A DNA stretch of 64,000 nucleotides from a virus. Position 1 is the stretch's first letter. Each line of letters opens with the position of its first letter. The notes beneath the pieces were generated by a model. The model made no database searches. It had not been told where the DNA came from and worked only from the letters and a program-made list of their open reading frames with translations. This document shows, in pieces, positions 9,798 through 18,122 of the stretch. Position numbers and translations under genes: made by a program. The stretch is from positions 19,235 through 83,234 of the IMG/VR virus record IMGVR_UViG_3300038701_002504; one strand, 5' to 3'.

Positions 9798-10063
9798 TGG
9801 TTAGCGCTTATATCAGACCATGTTATTTAAATCTTGATAAACCATTCATCATTGAAGGTCGTATACATGATCTTGGTGGTACTGTTTATTGGACTATTGC
9901 TAGATTAACTGAAGATGATGCTAGATTGTTGGTTGATGAAGGTTTAAATTGGCGCGATGTTATTGACTGGGAAAAGCATTGGTATAAATTAGAAATTCTA
10001 AAACTTGAAAAACAACAAAATGAAATTGCGAACAAGCTAAAGGAGCTTAAAAATGAAAATTAA
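9797..10063 (+). CDS. Hypothetical protein
   Basis: 88 aa, TAATG coupling. Confidence 0.55.
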   Translation: MVSAYIRPCYLNLDKPFIIEGRIHDLGGTVYWTIARLTEDDARLLVDEGLNWRDVIDWEKHWYKLEILKLEKQQNEIANKLKELKNEN

Positions 10064-10505
10064 TAAAGATGCTTGGCATTACAAATTCTATCGTTGGTAT
10101 GCCACAATGCGAAGAGACGTCGGCCGAGAAAGAGTAAGTAATGGTGGATCCTATGACAGATATTTCGATAATTTTCTGTATATGCCACACGATTTTTGTA
10201 CTTATTGGCGAGGTGTTATTTTATGGCCATTGGTTAATCTAATTATCAATATTGTTATCTTTGGAGGAGTTATTGTAGCATCGATTTTCAGCGTTGTGAA
10301 TAGCGGATACATCTTAGTCGGATTTGCTGCAATCGGGTTTTTAATCGCCGCCATCGTTGTAGCAATATCACTTATTGGTGGATATTTAAGTAAAATTGCT
10401 CGTAAAAGCAATACTATTTTTAAAGATGATAATTTTGTAGCTCAGATTTACAAGAGCAATAAAGATAAAATTTGTCCCGTAATTGAATATGAAAAAGGTG
10501 AATAA
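10053..10505 (+). CDS. Membrane protein
   Basis: Two TM segments; MKINKDAWHYK, DFCTYWR, KDKICP. Confidence 0.6.
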   Translation: MKINKDAWHYKFYRWYATMRRDVGRERVSNGGSYDRYFDNFLYMPHDFCTYWRGVILWPLVNLIINIVIFGGVIVASIFSVVNSGYILVGFAAIGFLIAAIVVAISLIGGYLSKIARKSNTIFKDDNFVAQIYKSNKDKICPVIEYEKGE

Positions 10506-10506
10506 T

Positions 10507-10701
10507 ATGAAAAAATACGCTTTTGATTTATTTTTCGATGATATGTATAAAATGTTTGCAATAGTCATTCTAATAGTATTATTTTTCATAAATATACCAT
10601 CATTTGTTGAAACAAGTGAAAAAACACATGAAAGTTATTCATGTGTTATAAGCACTGTGAATCTCGTAGATGATAAACTATCATGTACTTTGTATAAATA
10701 A
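10507..10701 (+). CDS. Small membrane-anchored protein
   Basis: One TM segment; start moved to MKKYAF. Confidence 0.45.
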   Translation: MKKYAFDLFFDDMYKMFAIVILIVLFFINIPSFVETSEKTHESYSCVISTVNLVDDKLSCTLYK

Positions 10702-10722
10702 GAAAAAGAAAGCAAATAATAT

Positions 10723-10935
10723 ATGAGCAAACAAAAATATGTTTATGGTATATGGTGTGAATATGATATGGGTTTTGATGGAATCTTATTTGAGGATTTA
10801 GAAGAAGCTTGGGATTATGCCAAAAAAACCGCAAAAGTATATGAAGAAGATAGTGAAATGTCTTTTAGTGAACTTGTTGAAAATGCCTTAATTGGATATG
10901 ATACATATACACTTAACATATCAACGAAGACATAA
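10723..10935 (+). CDS. Hypothetical protein
   Basis: 70-aa acidic ORF. Confidence 0.5.
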   Translation: MSKQKYVYGIWCEYDMGFDGILFEDLEEAWDYAKKTAKVYEEDSEMSFSELVENALIGYDTYTLNISTKT

Positions 10936-10947
10936 TTCATTTAATAA

Positions 10948-11047
10948 TGTACATTTACATGGATTGTGTATAAATAAAAATGTAATACGGAACATCAGTT
11001 GTTCTAGGGAATATCGAATACAGACTTAAATAGCAAAGGAGTTTTGC
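10948..11047 (+). promoter_or_regulatory. nadV leader: TGTACA (10948) overlapping TATAAATA late box (10969), two short hairpins, SD in a hairpin loop
   Basis: GAACA-tcagt-TGTTC at 10990-11004; GCAAA-ggagt-TTTGC at 11033-11047, directly before the ATG. Confidence 0.45.
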
Positions 11048-12448
11048 ATGTCAAATATTAATCTCATTCTACAAGCCGATTCATACAAATATTCACACTT
11101 TCAGTTGTTTCCTGAAGGAACTGAAATCAATAACTCGTATATTGAATCTCGAGGTGTTGATAATACATCAGGTCTTCCAGCAAACACTGAAATTGTGTTT
11201 TTCGGCCTGCAAGCATACATTCAAGAATATCTCACTAAGCCAGTTACGATGAATGACGTTGACGAAGCTGAAAAGCTTATTACAGCTCACGGTCTTCCAT
11301 TCAATCGTAGTGATTGGGAAATCATCGTAAATGAGTTTGACGGATATCTTCCAATTTATATTGAAGCTCTACCTGAAGGAACAGTTGTAAAACCTGGAGT
11401 TGCAATGGTTCAGGTTCGTAATACTGATCCACGTTTCGCATGGCTTGCAAGCTTTATGGAAACAGCAATTCTTCGTGCTGTATGGTATCCTTCAACTGTT
11501 GCAACACTATCACGCGAAGCAAAGAAAATCATTAAGAAGTTTCTTGTTGATACTGCTGATAATACGGATGGTCTCCCATTCAAACTTCATGACTTTGGTG
11601 CTCGCGGAACCTCAAGCTCTGAAACAGCAATGCTTGGTGGTATGGCCCACCTTGTGAACTTCATGGGAACCGATACTGTGGAAGCTCTCGTTGGAGCAAT
11701 TCGTTATTATGGAGCTGATGGTCCAGTTGGATACTCAATTCCAGCATCTGAACACTCAACAATTACATCATGGGGCCGCGAAAATGAAGTCAAGGCATAT
11801 GAAAATATGCTTGACAAATTTGCGAAACCAGACGCAATTATCGCATGTGTGAGTGATAGCTACAATATCTATAATGCCGTGGAAAATCTATGGCCTTCCC
11901 TGAAGGACAAGATCGTAGAATCTGGTGTGACACTTGTTATTCGTCCTGACTCTGGAGACCCTGTAACTGTTGTAACAGAGATTACAGAAACTCTTTCTCA
12001 GAAATTTGGTTACACTACGAATAGTAAGGGATATAAAGTTCTGAATAATGTACGTGTTATTCAGGGTGATGGTATTGATATCACATCTCTTCGTAGCATT
12101 CTGTATGGTCTTATGAGCAAAGGTTTCTCTGCTGATAATATCGCGTTCGGTATGGGCGGCGGCCTTCTTCAGAAGGTCAATCGAGATACCCTTAAATTCG
12201 CAATGAAAACTAATGCTATCCGTAACGATGGAAAATGGATCGATGTATACAAGCAACCCATCGGTTCTGAATTTAAGAAGTCAAAGGCTGGTATTCTCAA
12301 AACTGTAAATAGGAATGGCGAATTTATTACAGTTCGAGCTAGTGAAGCTGATGATGAATTAAATTCAATGTTGACGGTGTTTATAAACGGTAATATTCCA
12401 ACACCGTACACTTTTGACCAAGTACGTGCTAATGCGGAGGTGAAGTAA
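11048..12448 (+). CDS. nadV: Nicotinamide phosphoribosyltransferase (NAMPT)
   Basis: ADSYKYSH, LHDFGARG, PASEHS, VSDSYN, IRPDSGDP, VIQGDG, FGMGGGLLQ, KKSKAG. Confidence 0.95.
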   Translation: MSNINLILQADSYKYSHFQLFPEGTEINNSYIESRGVDNTSGLPANTEIVFFGLQAYIQEYLTKPVTMNDVDEAEKLITAHGLPFNRSDWEIIVNEFDGYLPIYIEALPEGTVVKPGVAMVQVRNTDPRFAWLASFMETAILRAVWYPSTVATLSREAKKIIKKFLVDTADNTDGLPFKLHDFGARGTSSSETAMLGGMAHLVNFMGTDTVEALVGAIRYYGADGPVGYSIPASEHSTITSWGRENEVKAYENMLDKFAKPDAIIACVSDSYNIYNAVENLWPSLKDKIVESGVTLVIRPDSGDPVTVVTEITETLSQKFGYTTNSKGYKVLNNVRVIQGDGIDITSLRSILYGLMSKGFSADNIAFGMGGGLLQKVNRDTLKFAMKTNAIRNDGKWIDVYKQPIGSEFKKSKAGILKTVNRNGEFITVRASEADDELNSMLTVFINGNIPTPYTFDQVRANAEVK

Positions 12449-13467
12449 TGCGTAAAGTTAGTATTTTCATTGGCCGTTTTCAACCGTTCCATATGGGACA
12501 TTATGCAATTGTTAAGTCTGCTCTTGAGCAGACTGACTTCCTTGTGATGGTTTTGGGATCACATAAGAAATCCATTAATACACGTGACCCACTCACGACA
12601 CACCAGCGAATTGATATTATCAAAAGATCTTTATCTCAAGAACAGCTAGAGCGTATTCGATTTGTAAAAGTTGAAGACTATGAATATAATCTGGATAAGT
12701 GGATCGCATCTGTAAATACTGCTATTGCGAATGCTAATCTTCCTTGGCATTCTGGACCAACTTCATATTATCTTGCTGGTATGATGAAGGATCATAGTTC
12801 GTTTTATCTTAATCTTTTTCCTAATTACAAATCAATTATTTGTGAGACAGACGAGAATAATACTCTTAGCTCAACATTTATTCGTAAAATGTGGTATGAA
12901 GGAGAACAAGGTCTATATGATGCGTTTGTTTCAACAGAAGCATATAATTTGTTCGATGTGTATATTGAACAAAATGATAAGAAATATAGTCTAAAATACG
13001 AATACAATTTTGAACAGGAATATCCTGGAAAATGGGGTAAAGGTCCTCACCTAACTGTTGATTCTTGTGTTGTTCAAGCTGGACATGTGCTTCTTATTCA
13101 ACGCGGTAAGGAATATGGCCACAATAAGTGGGCATTACCAGGTGGGTTTGTGAATCCTTATGAAACCACTCTTGATGCCTCACTTCGCGAATTGGATGAA
13201 GAAACACAGATTAAATTACCAATGAAGATTTTACGTGGTAGTTTGGTTTCTTCTAAACTTTATGACTCTCCATATAGGTCAAACCGTGGTAGAGTTGTAA
13301 CGAATGCATTTCAATATCGTCTTTCCGATGTTGGACCTTTGCCTAAAGTTGTTGGTTCTGATGACGCAAAAGATGCACAATTTGTTCCAATTTCTAAGTT
13401 TTTGACAATGCAGGATGAAATGTTTGAAGATCACTACTCCATGATTTGCGATATATTAAAATTATAA
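12448..13467 (+). CDS. nadM: Bifunctional NMN adenylyltransferase / Nudix ADP-ribose pyrophosphatase
   Basis: GRFQPFHMGH (HxGH), LSSTFIR, Nudix box GGFVNPYETTLDASLRELDEET, GSDDA, FEDH. Confidence 0.93.
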   Translation: MRKVSIFIGRFQPFHMGHYAIVKSALEQTDFLVMVLGSHKKSINTRDPLTTHQRIDIIKRSLSQEQLERIRFVKVEDYEYNLDKWIASVNTAIANANLPWHSGPTSYYLAGMMKDHSSFYLNLFPNYKSIICETDENNTLSSTFIRKMWYEGEQGLYDAFVSTEAYNLFDVYIEQNDKKYSLKYEYNFEQEYPGKWGKGPHLTVDSCVVQAGHVLLIQRGKEYGHNKWALPGGFVNPYETTLDASLRELDEETQIKLPMKILRGSLVSSKLYDSPYRSNRGRVVTNAFQYRLSDVGPLPKVVGSDDAKDAQFVPISKFLTMQDEMFEDHYSMICDILKL

Positions 13468-13470
13468 ATA
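13463..13470 (+). promoter_or_regulatory. T4-type late promoter TATAAATA
   Basis: Exact consensus upstream of AAGGAG RBS and the ORF at 13487. Confidence 0.7.
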
Positions 13471-13486
13471 TCATAAAGGAGAAATA

Positions 13487-13729
13487 ATGATTTATAAATT
13501 ACTAGCAACACAAATAAGCTTATCAACAGCAAATACTGTATATGATTCAAAATATGTTAGATGCGCAAACGATTCTGCAAATAGTTCGGTTATAACTCTT
13601 GCAAATACAAGTGGAACAATAGGAACTGTTACTCTTGCAGGTCATTCATATATAGTTATTAATAAAAATACTGCTGATACTCTACAGGGTAATAATATAG
13701 TAGGAGCCCCAGTTTCAGTTACTGGATAA
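13487..13729 (+). CDS. Small late protein, probably a virion component
   Basis: Late promoter; Thr/Ser/Asn-rich beta-like composition. Confidence 0.5.
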   Translation: MIYKLLATQISLSTANTVYDSKYVRCANDSANSSVITLANTSGTIGTVTLAGHSYIVINKNTADTLQGNNIVGAPVSVTG

Positions 13730-13737
13730 TTTAACTG

Positions 13738-13766
13738 TGTACATCTCAGTTGATTTGACTTATATT
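13738..13766 (+). promoter_or_regulatory. Early promoter TGTACA-N17-TATATT
   Basis: Same motif family. Confidence 0.6.
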
Positions 13767-13794
13767 AAATTATTAAATCAACGGAGATTATATC

Positions 13795-14133
13795 ATGTCG
13801 ATGGTGGAAAAGGTACTTCAGCTTACTCAATCAGCATATTCTATTAATCGATATCGTTCTTGGGAGGGTGTTGCAAAGACAATCCTCTCATTTGGATATT
13901 CGGTTGAAGAAACTGCTGCTATCATGAATAGCAAGCAGAACTTACTCGAGCTGAATTTGCTGCACGAGCAAATAAAGAACTCGCAGAAGGCCTTGGTGGT
14001 CCTGAAGCATATCTTCGTTATATCTATATTCGTATGCTTGAAGAAAGTGGTAATGAAGGACAAATTATCTACATTCCCACTGAAGCAGGTATGCCAATTC
14101 TTGAAGCTGGAAAAAGGTAAGAGTAATGCATAA
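13795..14133 (+). CDS. Hypothetical protein, probably chimeric (3' half runs over an out-of-frame gene remnant)
   Basis: AYSINRYRSW...IMNSK N-terminal half; the C-terminal half looks non-native. Confidence 0.4.
   Translation: MSMVEKVLQLTQSAYSINRYRSWEGVAKTILSFGYSVEETAAIMNSKQNLLELNLLHEQIKNSQKALVVLKHIFVISIFVCLKKVVMKDKLSTFPLKQVCQFLKLEKGKSNA
13932..14120 (+). pseudogene. Start-less C-terminal remnant of an SPFH/band-7-like phage protein
   Basis: Alternative frame reads QAELTRAEFAARANKELAEGLGGPEAYLRYIYIRMLEESGNEGQIIYIPTEAGMPILEAGKR*, with an in-frame TAG at 13929-13931 and no start codon. Confidence 0.55.
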
Positions 14134-14298
14134 TTTGCTGTTCATCTTTTTAACTGTACTTGTGTGGTTTCTTCTAATTATGGTTGCTTATATGTATGAT
14201 GAGAAAAACAATATCATTATATGTTATGAAAGCGGAAATCATTATTTTCAAGGCGTATGTTTAAAAGAAAAACCTGTTATTGCTAATAAGGATAAATA

Positions 14299-14661
14299 AT
14301 GAAACCCTGGATTCATAGTAGAAATAGTGTTAGACGATATGGCGGGAAGGAAGAGGATTATCTTCCCATTCATGATTGGTTCGACCAAACAAAAGCAGCA
14401 TATCCAGATGTGAAACACCGTGCAATTCTTCATCACTCATTTGGTATTTACATTTGTGAACAGGTTTTCGGTACTACACTTACAAATAGTGATGGAAAAG
14501 TTATTTCTGTTCGTGATGTAGCTGAAGATCACGTGAAAGAAGATTTTGGAGGAGTGATTCCAACAATTGAGCATTGGTTAAAAAATATGGAAACTGTGAA
14601 TTGGATGACTGGTCGAGGTCAGAAAAAATTCGCAGAAAAAGAAAACGTATATTCAGATTAA
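14299..14661 (+). CDS. Conserved phage protein (DUF6915-like, His-rich)
   Basis: IHDWFDQTK, HRAILHHSFGI, RDVAEDHVKEDFG motifs. Confidence 0.6.
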   Translation: MKPWIHSRNSVRRYGGKEEDYLPIHDWFDQTKAAYPDVKHRAILHHSFGIYICEQVFGTTLTNSDGKVISVRDVAEDHVKEDFGGVIPTIEHWLKNMETVNWMTGRGQKKFAEKENVYSD

Positions 14662-14673
14662 AGGGAAAGTATA

Positions 14674-15183
14674 ATGTTAAATGTAAAGACTATTGAAGCT
14701 GAAATTGAAAACGAGATTGCAGAAGCCAAAGCAGCAATCGAAAAGTTGAATGAAGAAATCAAGAATCGTTCTCAACAGGTATTTGCAAATGCAATCAGTA
14801 AGTATTTTACTGCATTTCCAATTGTTGAATATATCACATGGACTCAGTATACACCTGGATTTAATGATGGTGAACCATGCGAGTTCGGTGTGAATGGTCC
14901 ATATATTCGTCTAAAAGGCGATCCATTTGACGATGAAGATGATTATGATGAGGGTACCTATATTCCAAGTGAATGGAGTCGAAAGAATTATCCAAAAGAT
15001 GCTGCAAAATTTGATGAAAAATATGGAACACATTTGAATTCAATTCAGAAAGCAAAGTCTGTTGCTGAGAGTATTATTGGATGTATGGATGAATCTGTAT
15101 TGAATATGATGTATGGCGATGGAAGTAAGATTAAAATCTATGCCGATCGCATCGATGTAACTGATTATGATTGTGGGTACTAA
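14674..15183 (+). CDS. Hypothetical protein
   Basis: WTQYTPGFNDGEPCEF motif; coiled-coil N-terminus. Confidence 0.6.
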   Translation: MLNVKTIEAEIENEIAEAKAAIEKLNEEIKNRSQQVFANAISKYFTAFPIVEYITWTQYTPGFNDGEPCEFGVNGPYIRLKGDPFDDEDDYDEGTYIPSEWSRKNYPKDAAKFDEKYGTHLNSIQKAKSVAESIIGCMDESVLNMMYGDGSKIKIYADRIDVTDYDCGY

Positions 15184-15185
15184 TT

Positions 15186-15638
15186 ATGAGAGTCGTTCAG
15201 GGAGATTTACTTGAAGCGAAAGAAGAAATCATTGCGCATGGGTGTAACTGCCAGGGTGTAATGGGTTCGGGTGTTGCAAAAGTTATTAAAGAAAAATGGC
15301 CAGAAGCATTTGAAAGGTATGTAGACGATTTAAGTAACTTTTCCACCAAACTTGGCGATGCGACAATAGTTTTTACTGAAGAAGGTAAATGCGTTTTTAA
15401 TCTTCTTACTCAGAACAATTATGGTACAGTAGATCGTATGGTAAACTATGCGGCTCTTATTACATCTCTGCAATTCGCTATTGTATTGTATCATATTGAG
15501 ACAGGCAAAAATGTTACAAGTATAGCTATTCCAAAGATAGGTGCTGGTTTAGGTGGTGGTAACTGGGAAATTATTCATCAACTTTTAGAAGATTTTGAAA
15601 AAATGTATAATGTGGAATTTGTATTATATATCATTTAA
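15186..15638 (+). CDS. Macrodomain ADP-ribose-binding/hydrolase (T4 Tk.4 / DarG-TARG1-like)
   Basis: QGDLL, IAHGCNCQGVMGSGVAK, IAIPKIGAGLGGGNW. Confidence 0.88.
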   Translation: MRVVQGDLLEAKEEIIAHGCNCQGVMGSGVAKVIKEKWPEAFERYVDDLSNFSTKLGDATIVFTEEGKCVFNLLTQNNYGTVDRMVNYAALITSLQFAIVLYHIETGKNVTSIAIPKIGAGLGGGNWEIIHQLLEDFEKMYNVEFVLYII

Positions 15639-15642
15639 ACTG

Positions 15643-15670
15643 TGTACAAACATAGATATTGGTATATAAT
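15643..15670 (+). promoter_or_regulatory. Early promoter TGTACA-N16-TATAAT
   Basis: Perfect -10 box; same family. Confidence 0.65.
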
Positions 15671-15688
15671 ATAAAAATAAATGGAGAT

Positions 15689-16114
15689 ATGATCATGCCA
15701 AGACTTATCATTGTTCGCGGAGCTCCTGGTTCTGGAAAGTCTACTTTCGTAAAGAGCTATATTCAGTATCTGGAGCCTCAGAAGAGTTATGCTCATTTCG
15801 AAGCTGATATGTATTTTGAGATTAAAGGTGAATATCTCTTTAATCCAAGTCTTCTCAAGAATGCACATAATTGGTGTAAAGAACAAACCGAAAAATCAAT
15901 GAAGAATTTAGTTGATTGTGTTTTTGTGAGCAACACCTTCACAAAACATTGGGAGATGCAAGCGTATCTCAATCTCGCAAAGAAGTATAATTACGAAGTC
16001 AATGTTTATTATTTGAAATCTTCATATCAGAATGTTCACGGTGTTCCCGAAGAAGTTGTTCAGCGTATGATTTCTCAATATGAACCTTATGAGGATGAAG
16101 AAATTGTTTATTGA
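15689..16114 (+). CDS. P-loop NTPase/kinase (AAA_33-like)
   Basis: IIVRGAPGSGKST, EADMYF, VSNTF, NVHGVP. Confidence 0.8.
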   Translation: MIMPRLIIVRGAPGSGKSTFVKSYIQYLEPQKSYAHFEADMYFEIKGEYLFNPSLLKNAHNWCKEQTEKSMKNLVDCVFVSNTFTKHWEMQAYLNLAKKYNYEVNVYYLKSSYQNVHGVPEEVVQRMISQYEPYEDEEIVY

Positions 16115-16277
16115 AATCTATCTTATTATTGGTATGCTATTATTGCTATACGCAATTTATAAGAATGGAAAAGATATTGAAGAAGGTTGGCTTCCTGTTT
16201 TAGTCGCAATGGTTGTTTTCGTGTGTCTATGGCCATTTGTAATAATTTATTTTTCTATAAGAAAGGAAAAAAAATGA
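16095..16277 (+). CDS. Small membrane protein, YxIG...LWP family
   Basis: IYLIIG...VCLWPF. Confidence 0.55.
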   Translation: MKKLFIEIYLIIGMLLLLYAIYKNGKDIEEGWLPVLVAMVVFVCLWPFVIIYFSIRKEKK

Positions 16278-16456
16278 TTTATTATTTTATTATTGGAGTG
16301 GTGTTAGCATTGGCAGGACATTTTGCTGCTGAATATCTAGATCCTAAATATAAAGAATTTAACTTTAAAACTAAAATTGCCGCATTTATGACAAATGTGA
16401 TTTTATGGCCTATTACTATTACATTAGCTGTTTGGAGAAAAATGAATGGCGAGTGA
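16274..16456 (+). CDS. Small membrane protein, YxIG...LWP family
   Basis: YFIIG...VILWPI; start moved to MIYYF. Confidence 0.55.
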   Translation: MIYYFIIGVVLALAGHFAAEYLDPKYKEFNFKTKIAAFMTNVILWPITITLAVWRKMNGE

Positions 16457-17027
16457 TTTAATTATTGACTTTGAAACACTCGGAAATGGTTCTGAAACCG
16501 ATTCTTTTATTGTAGTTGATATTTCATATCTTTTTTTCGATATCACTCAATCTGAAAAATTTGATGATCTTGTTGAACGAGCTGTACGTTGTAAGTTTTT
16601 ACTTGATGAACAACGCGAAATTGGTTGGAAAGCTGAAAAAGATACTATGGAATGGTGGAAAACTCAATCCAAGGAAGCTTTAGCAGAGTTAAAATCAACT
16701 GATGGCGCTATGACATTATCTGATTTCACTTCAAAATTTAAGTCAGATGTTTCTAAACATAAAGTTAAGAGGGCGTGGTCACGTGGTACCGATTTTGATT
16801 TTCCTATCCTTAAAAGGATATTCAGAGAAGTTGATGATAACATCAACAAAGTTTTCAAATATTCGTCTGTCCGGGATATTAGAACATATATGGATGTTAT
16901 GGGTAATTTTGAATTAAAGGACCTTGGTGCAATTCCTCCTACAGCTGAAGGTGTGAATTTTATTAAACATGATTCGCGGCATGACGTAGCAATGGACGTC
17001 ATGCGTCTACAATATTTTATGAACTAG
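16446..17027 (+). CDS. DEDD 3'-5' exonuclease (DexA-like)
   Basis: IIDFETLG, WSRGTDFDFPIL, RDIRT, HDSRHD. Confidence 0.8.
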   Translation: MASDLIIDFETLGNGSETDSFIVVDISYLFFDITQSEKFDDLVERAVRCKFLLDEQREIGWKAEKDTMEWWKTQSKEALAELKSTDGAMTLSDFTSKFKSDVSKHKVKRAWSRGTDFDFPILKRIFREVDDNINKVFKYSSVRDIRTYMDVMGNFELKDLGAIPPTAEGVNFIKHDSRHDVAMDVMRLQYFMN

Positions 17028-17036
17028 GAGAAAGCT

Positions 17037-17240
17037 ATGACATTTCTGATTTATATTTTGATTGGTATCGTTTATTCTATTTACGATGTTTATATGGCTG
17101 AAAAAACAAATGAACTTGGATATAGAGACCATAGTATTGCATTAAAATCATTCGTTTTCATCATTACAACGCTTATCTGGCCTTTTGCTATTCTGATGTT
17201 TGTTATTAGAGCCATCACTAAACTAGCAAGAAAGAATTAA
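17037..17240 (+). CDS. Small membrane protein, YxIG...LWP family
   Basis: IYILIG...LIWPF. Confidence 0.55.
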   Translation: MTFLIYILIGIVYSIYDVYMAEKTNELGYRDHSIALKSFVFIITTLIWPFAILMFVIRAITKLARKN

Positions 17241-17241
17241 G

Positions 17242-17937
17242 ATGACAGAAAAAATGATGCCTGGAATTGATGGCACAAAGGATTTTTATTGGGATGCAAA
17301 CGACACAGGTCTCTATGGGTATTACAAAGATATAAATACCAATAGTGGTCCTGTTGGAGATTGGTTTGCATCGCATAAAGACGTTATTCAGAAAATACCT
17401 AGTGATCGCCGTAATACTGTTATTCAGGCTGGCGGAGCGTTCGGCATGTATCCGATTCTTCTTAGTAGGTATTTTAAAACTGTATTTACGTTTGAACCTG
17501 ATCCTGTTAACTATCGGATACTTTGCAAGAATCTTCAACATCATGAAGTAGATAATGTTTTCGAAAGTAATTTAGCTCTAACATCAGAAGAAAGCAAAAA
17601 TTACTTAGCATTAGTTGATGGGGATCCTTCAAATCGTGGAACCACAAGAGTGCAAACTCATTTAAGTTTTATCAATAATTCACTTGCTGCTACTACAATC
17701 GACTATATGTTTGAACAGAGTGATAAAAAGATCGATTTAATATGGTTAGATATTGAGGGACATGAATATTCAGCTCTTCAAGGAGCAGTTAAAACCATTC
17801 GTAAGCATAATCCTATTATCGGAGTTGAACGTCCTACAAACGAAGTATTTGATTTCATGAATCGAAATGGTTATATTCCATGGAAGAATTCTAAGATGGA
17901 TGTGTTTTTTGTGGGAACAGTAGGTAGACAAATTTAA
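17242..17937 (+). CDS. FkbM-family SAM-dependent methyltransferase
   Basis: VIQAGGAFG, FEPDPVNY, IDLIWLDIEGHEYSALQGA. Confidence 0.8.
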   Translation: MTEKMMPGIDGTKDFYWDANDTGLYGYYKDINTNSGPVGDWFASHKDVIQKIPSDRRNTVIQAGGAFGMYPILLSRYFKTVFTFEPDPVNYRILCKNLQHHEVDNVFESNLALTSEESKNYLALVDGDPSNRGTTRVQTHLSFINNSLAATTIDYMFEQSDKKIDLIWLDIEGHEYSALQGAVKTIRKHNPIIGVERPTNEVFDFMNRNGYIPWKNSKMDVFFVGTVGRQI

Positions 17938-18122
17938 TGCCGTTTCTGAGCTTCGGCTTCCATTTTTTTACGCTCTTCTTTATCTTTCACTAAAGCAACG
18001 ACAATATCCCGTTCATAAGGAACTAGATTATCATATTCATCAACAGAATAGTGATAGTTATCCTTTAGAAGAAACTGTAGCTGGTAATAATTTTCGATGT
18101 TATTACCAGCTAGACATATCAT
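17934..18122 (-). CDS. gp51: Baseplate hub assembly catalyst (gp51-like)
   Basis: NYYQLQF...YSVDEYDNLVPYERDI; follows gp26. Confidence 0.75.
   Translation of the reverse strand: MICLAGNNIENYYQLQFLLKDNYHYSVDEYDNLVPYERDIVVALVKDKEERKKMEAEAQKRH

Noticed and set aside
10981-11047. Known NAD+ riboswitch in the nadV leader
   Set aside because: Only two 5-bp stems are visible and I cannot match a known aptamer consensus by eye; kept only as a weak structured-leader observation.
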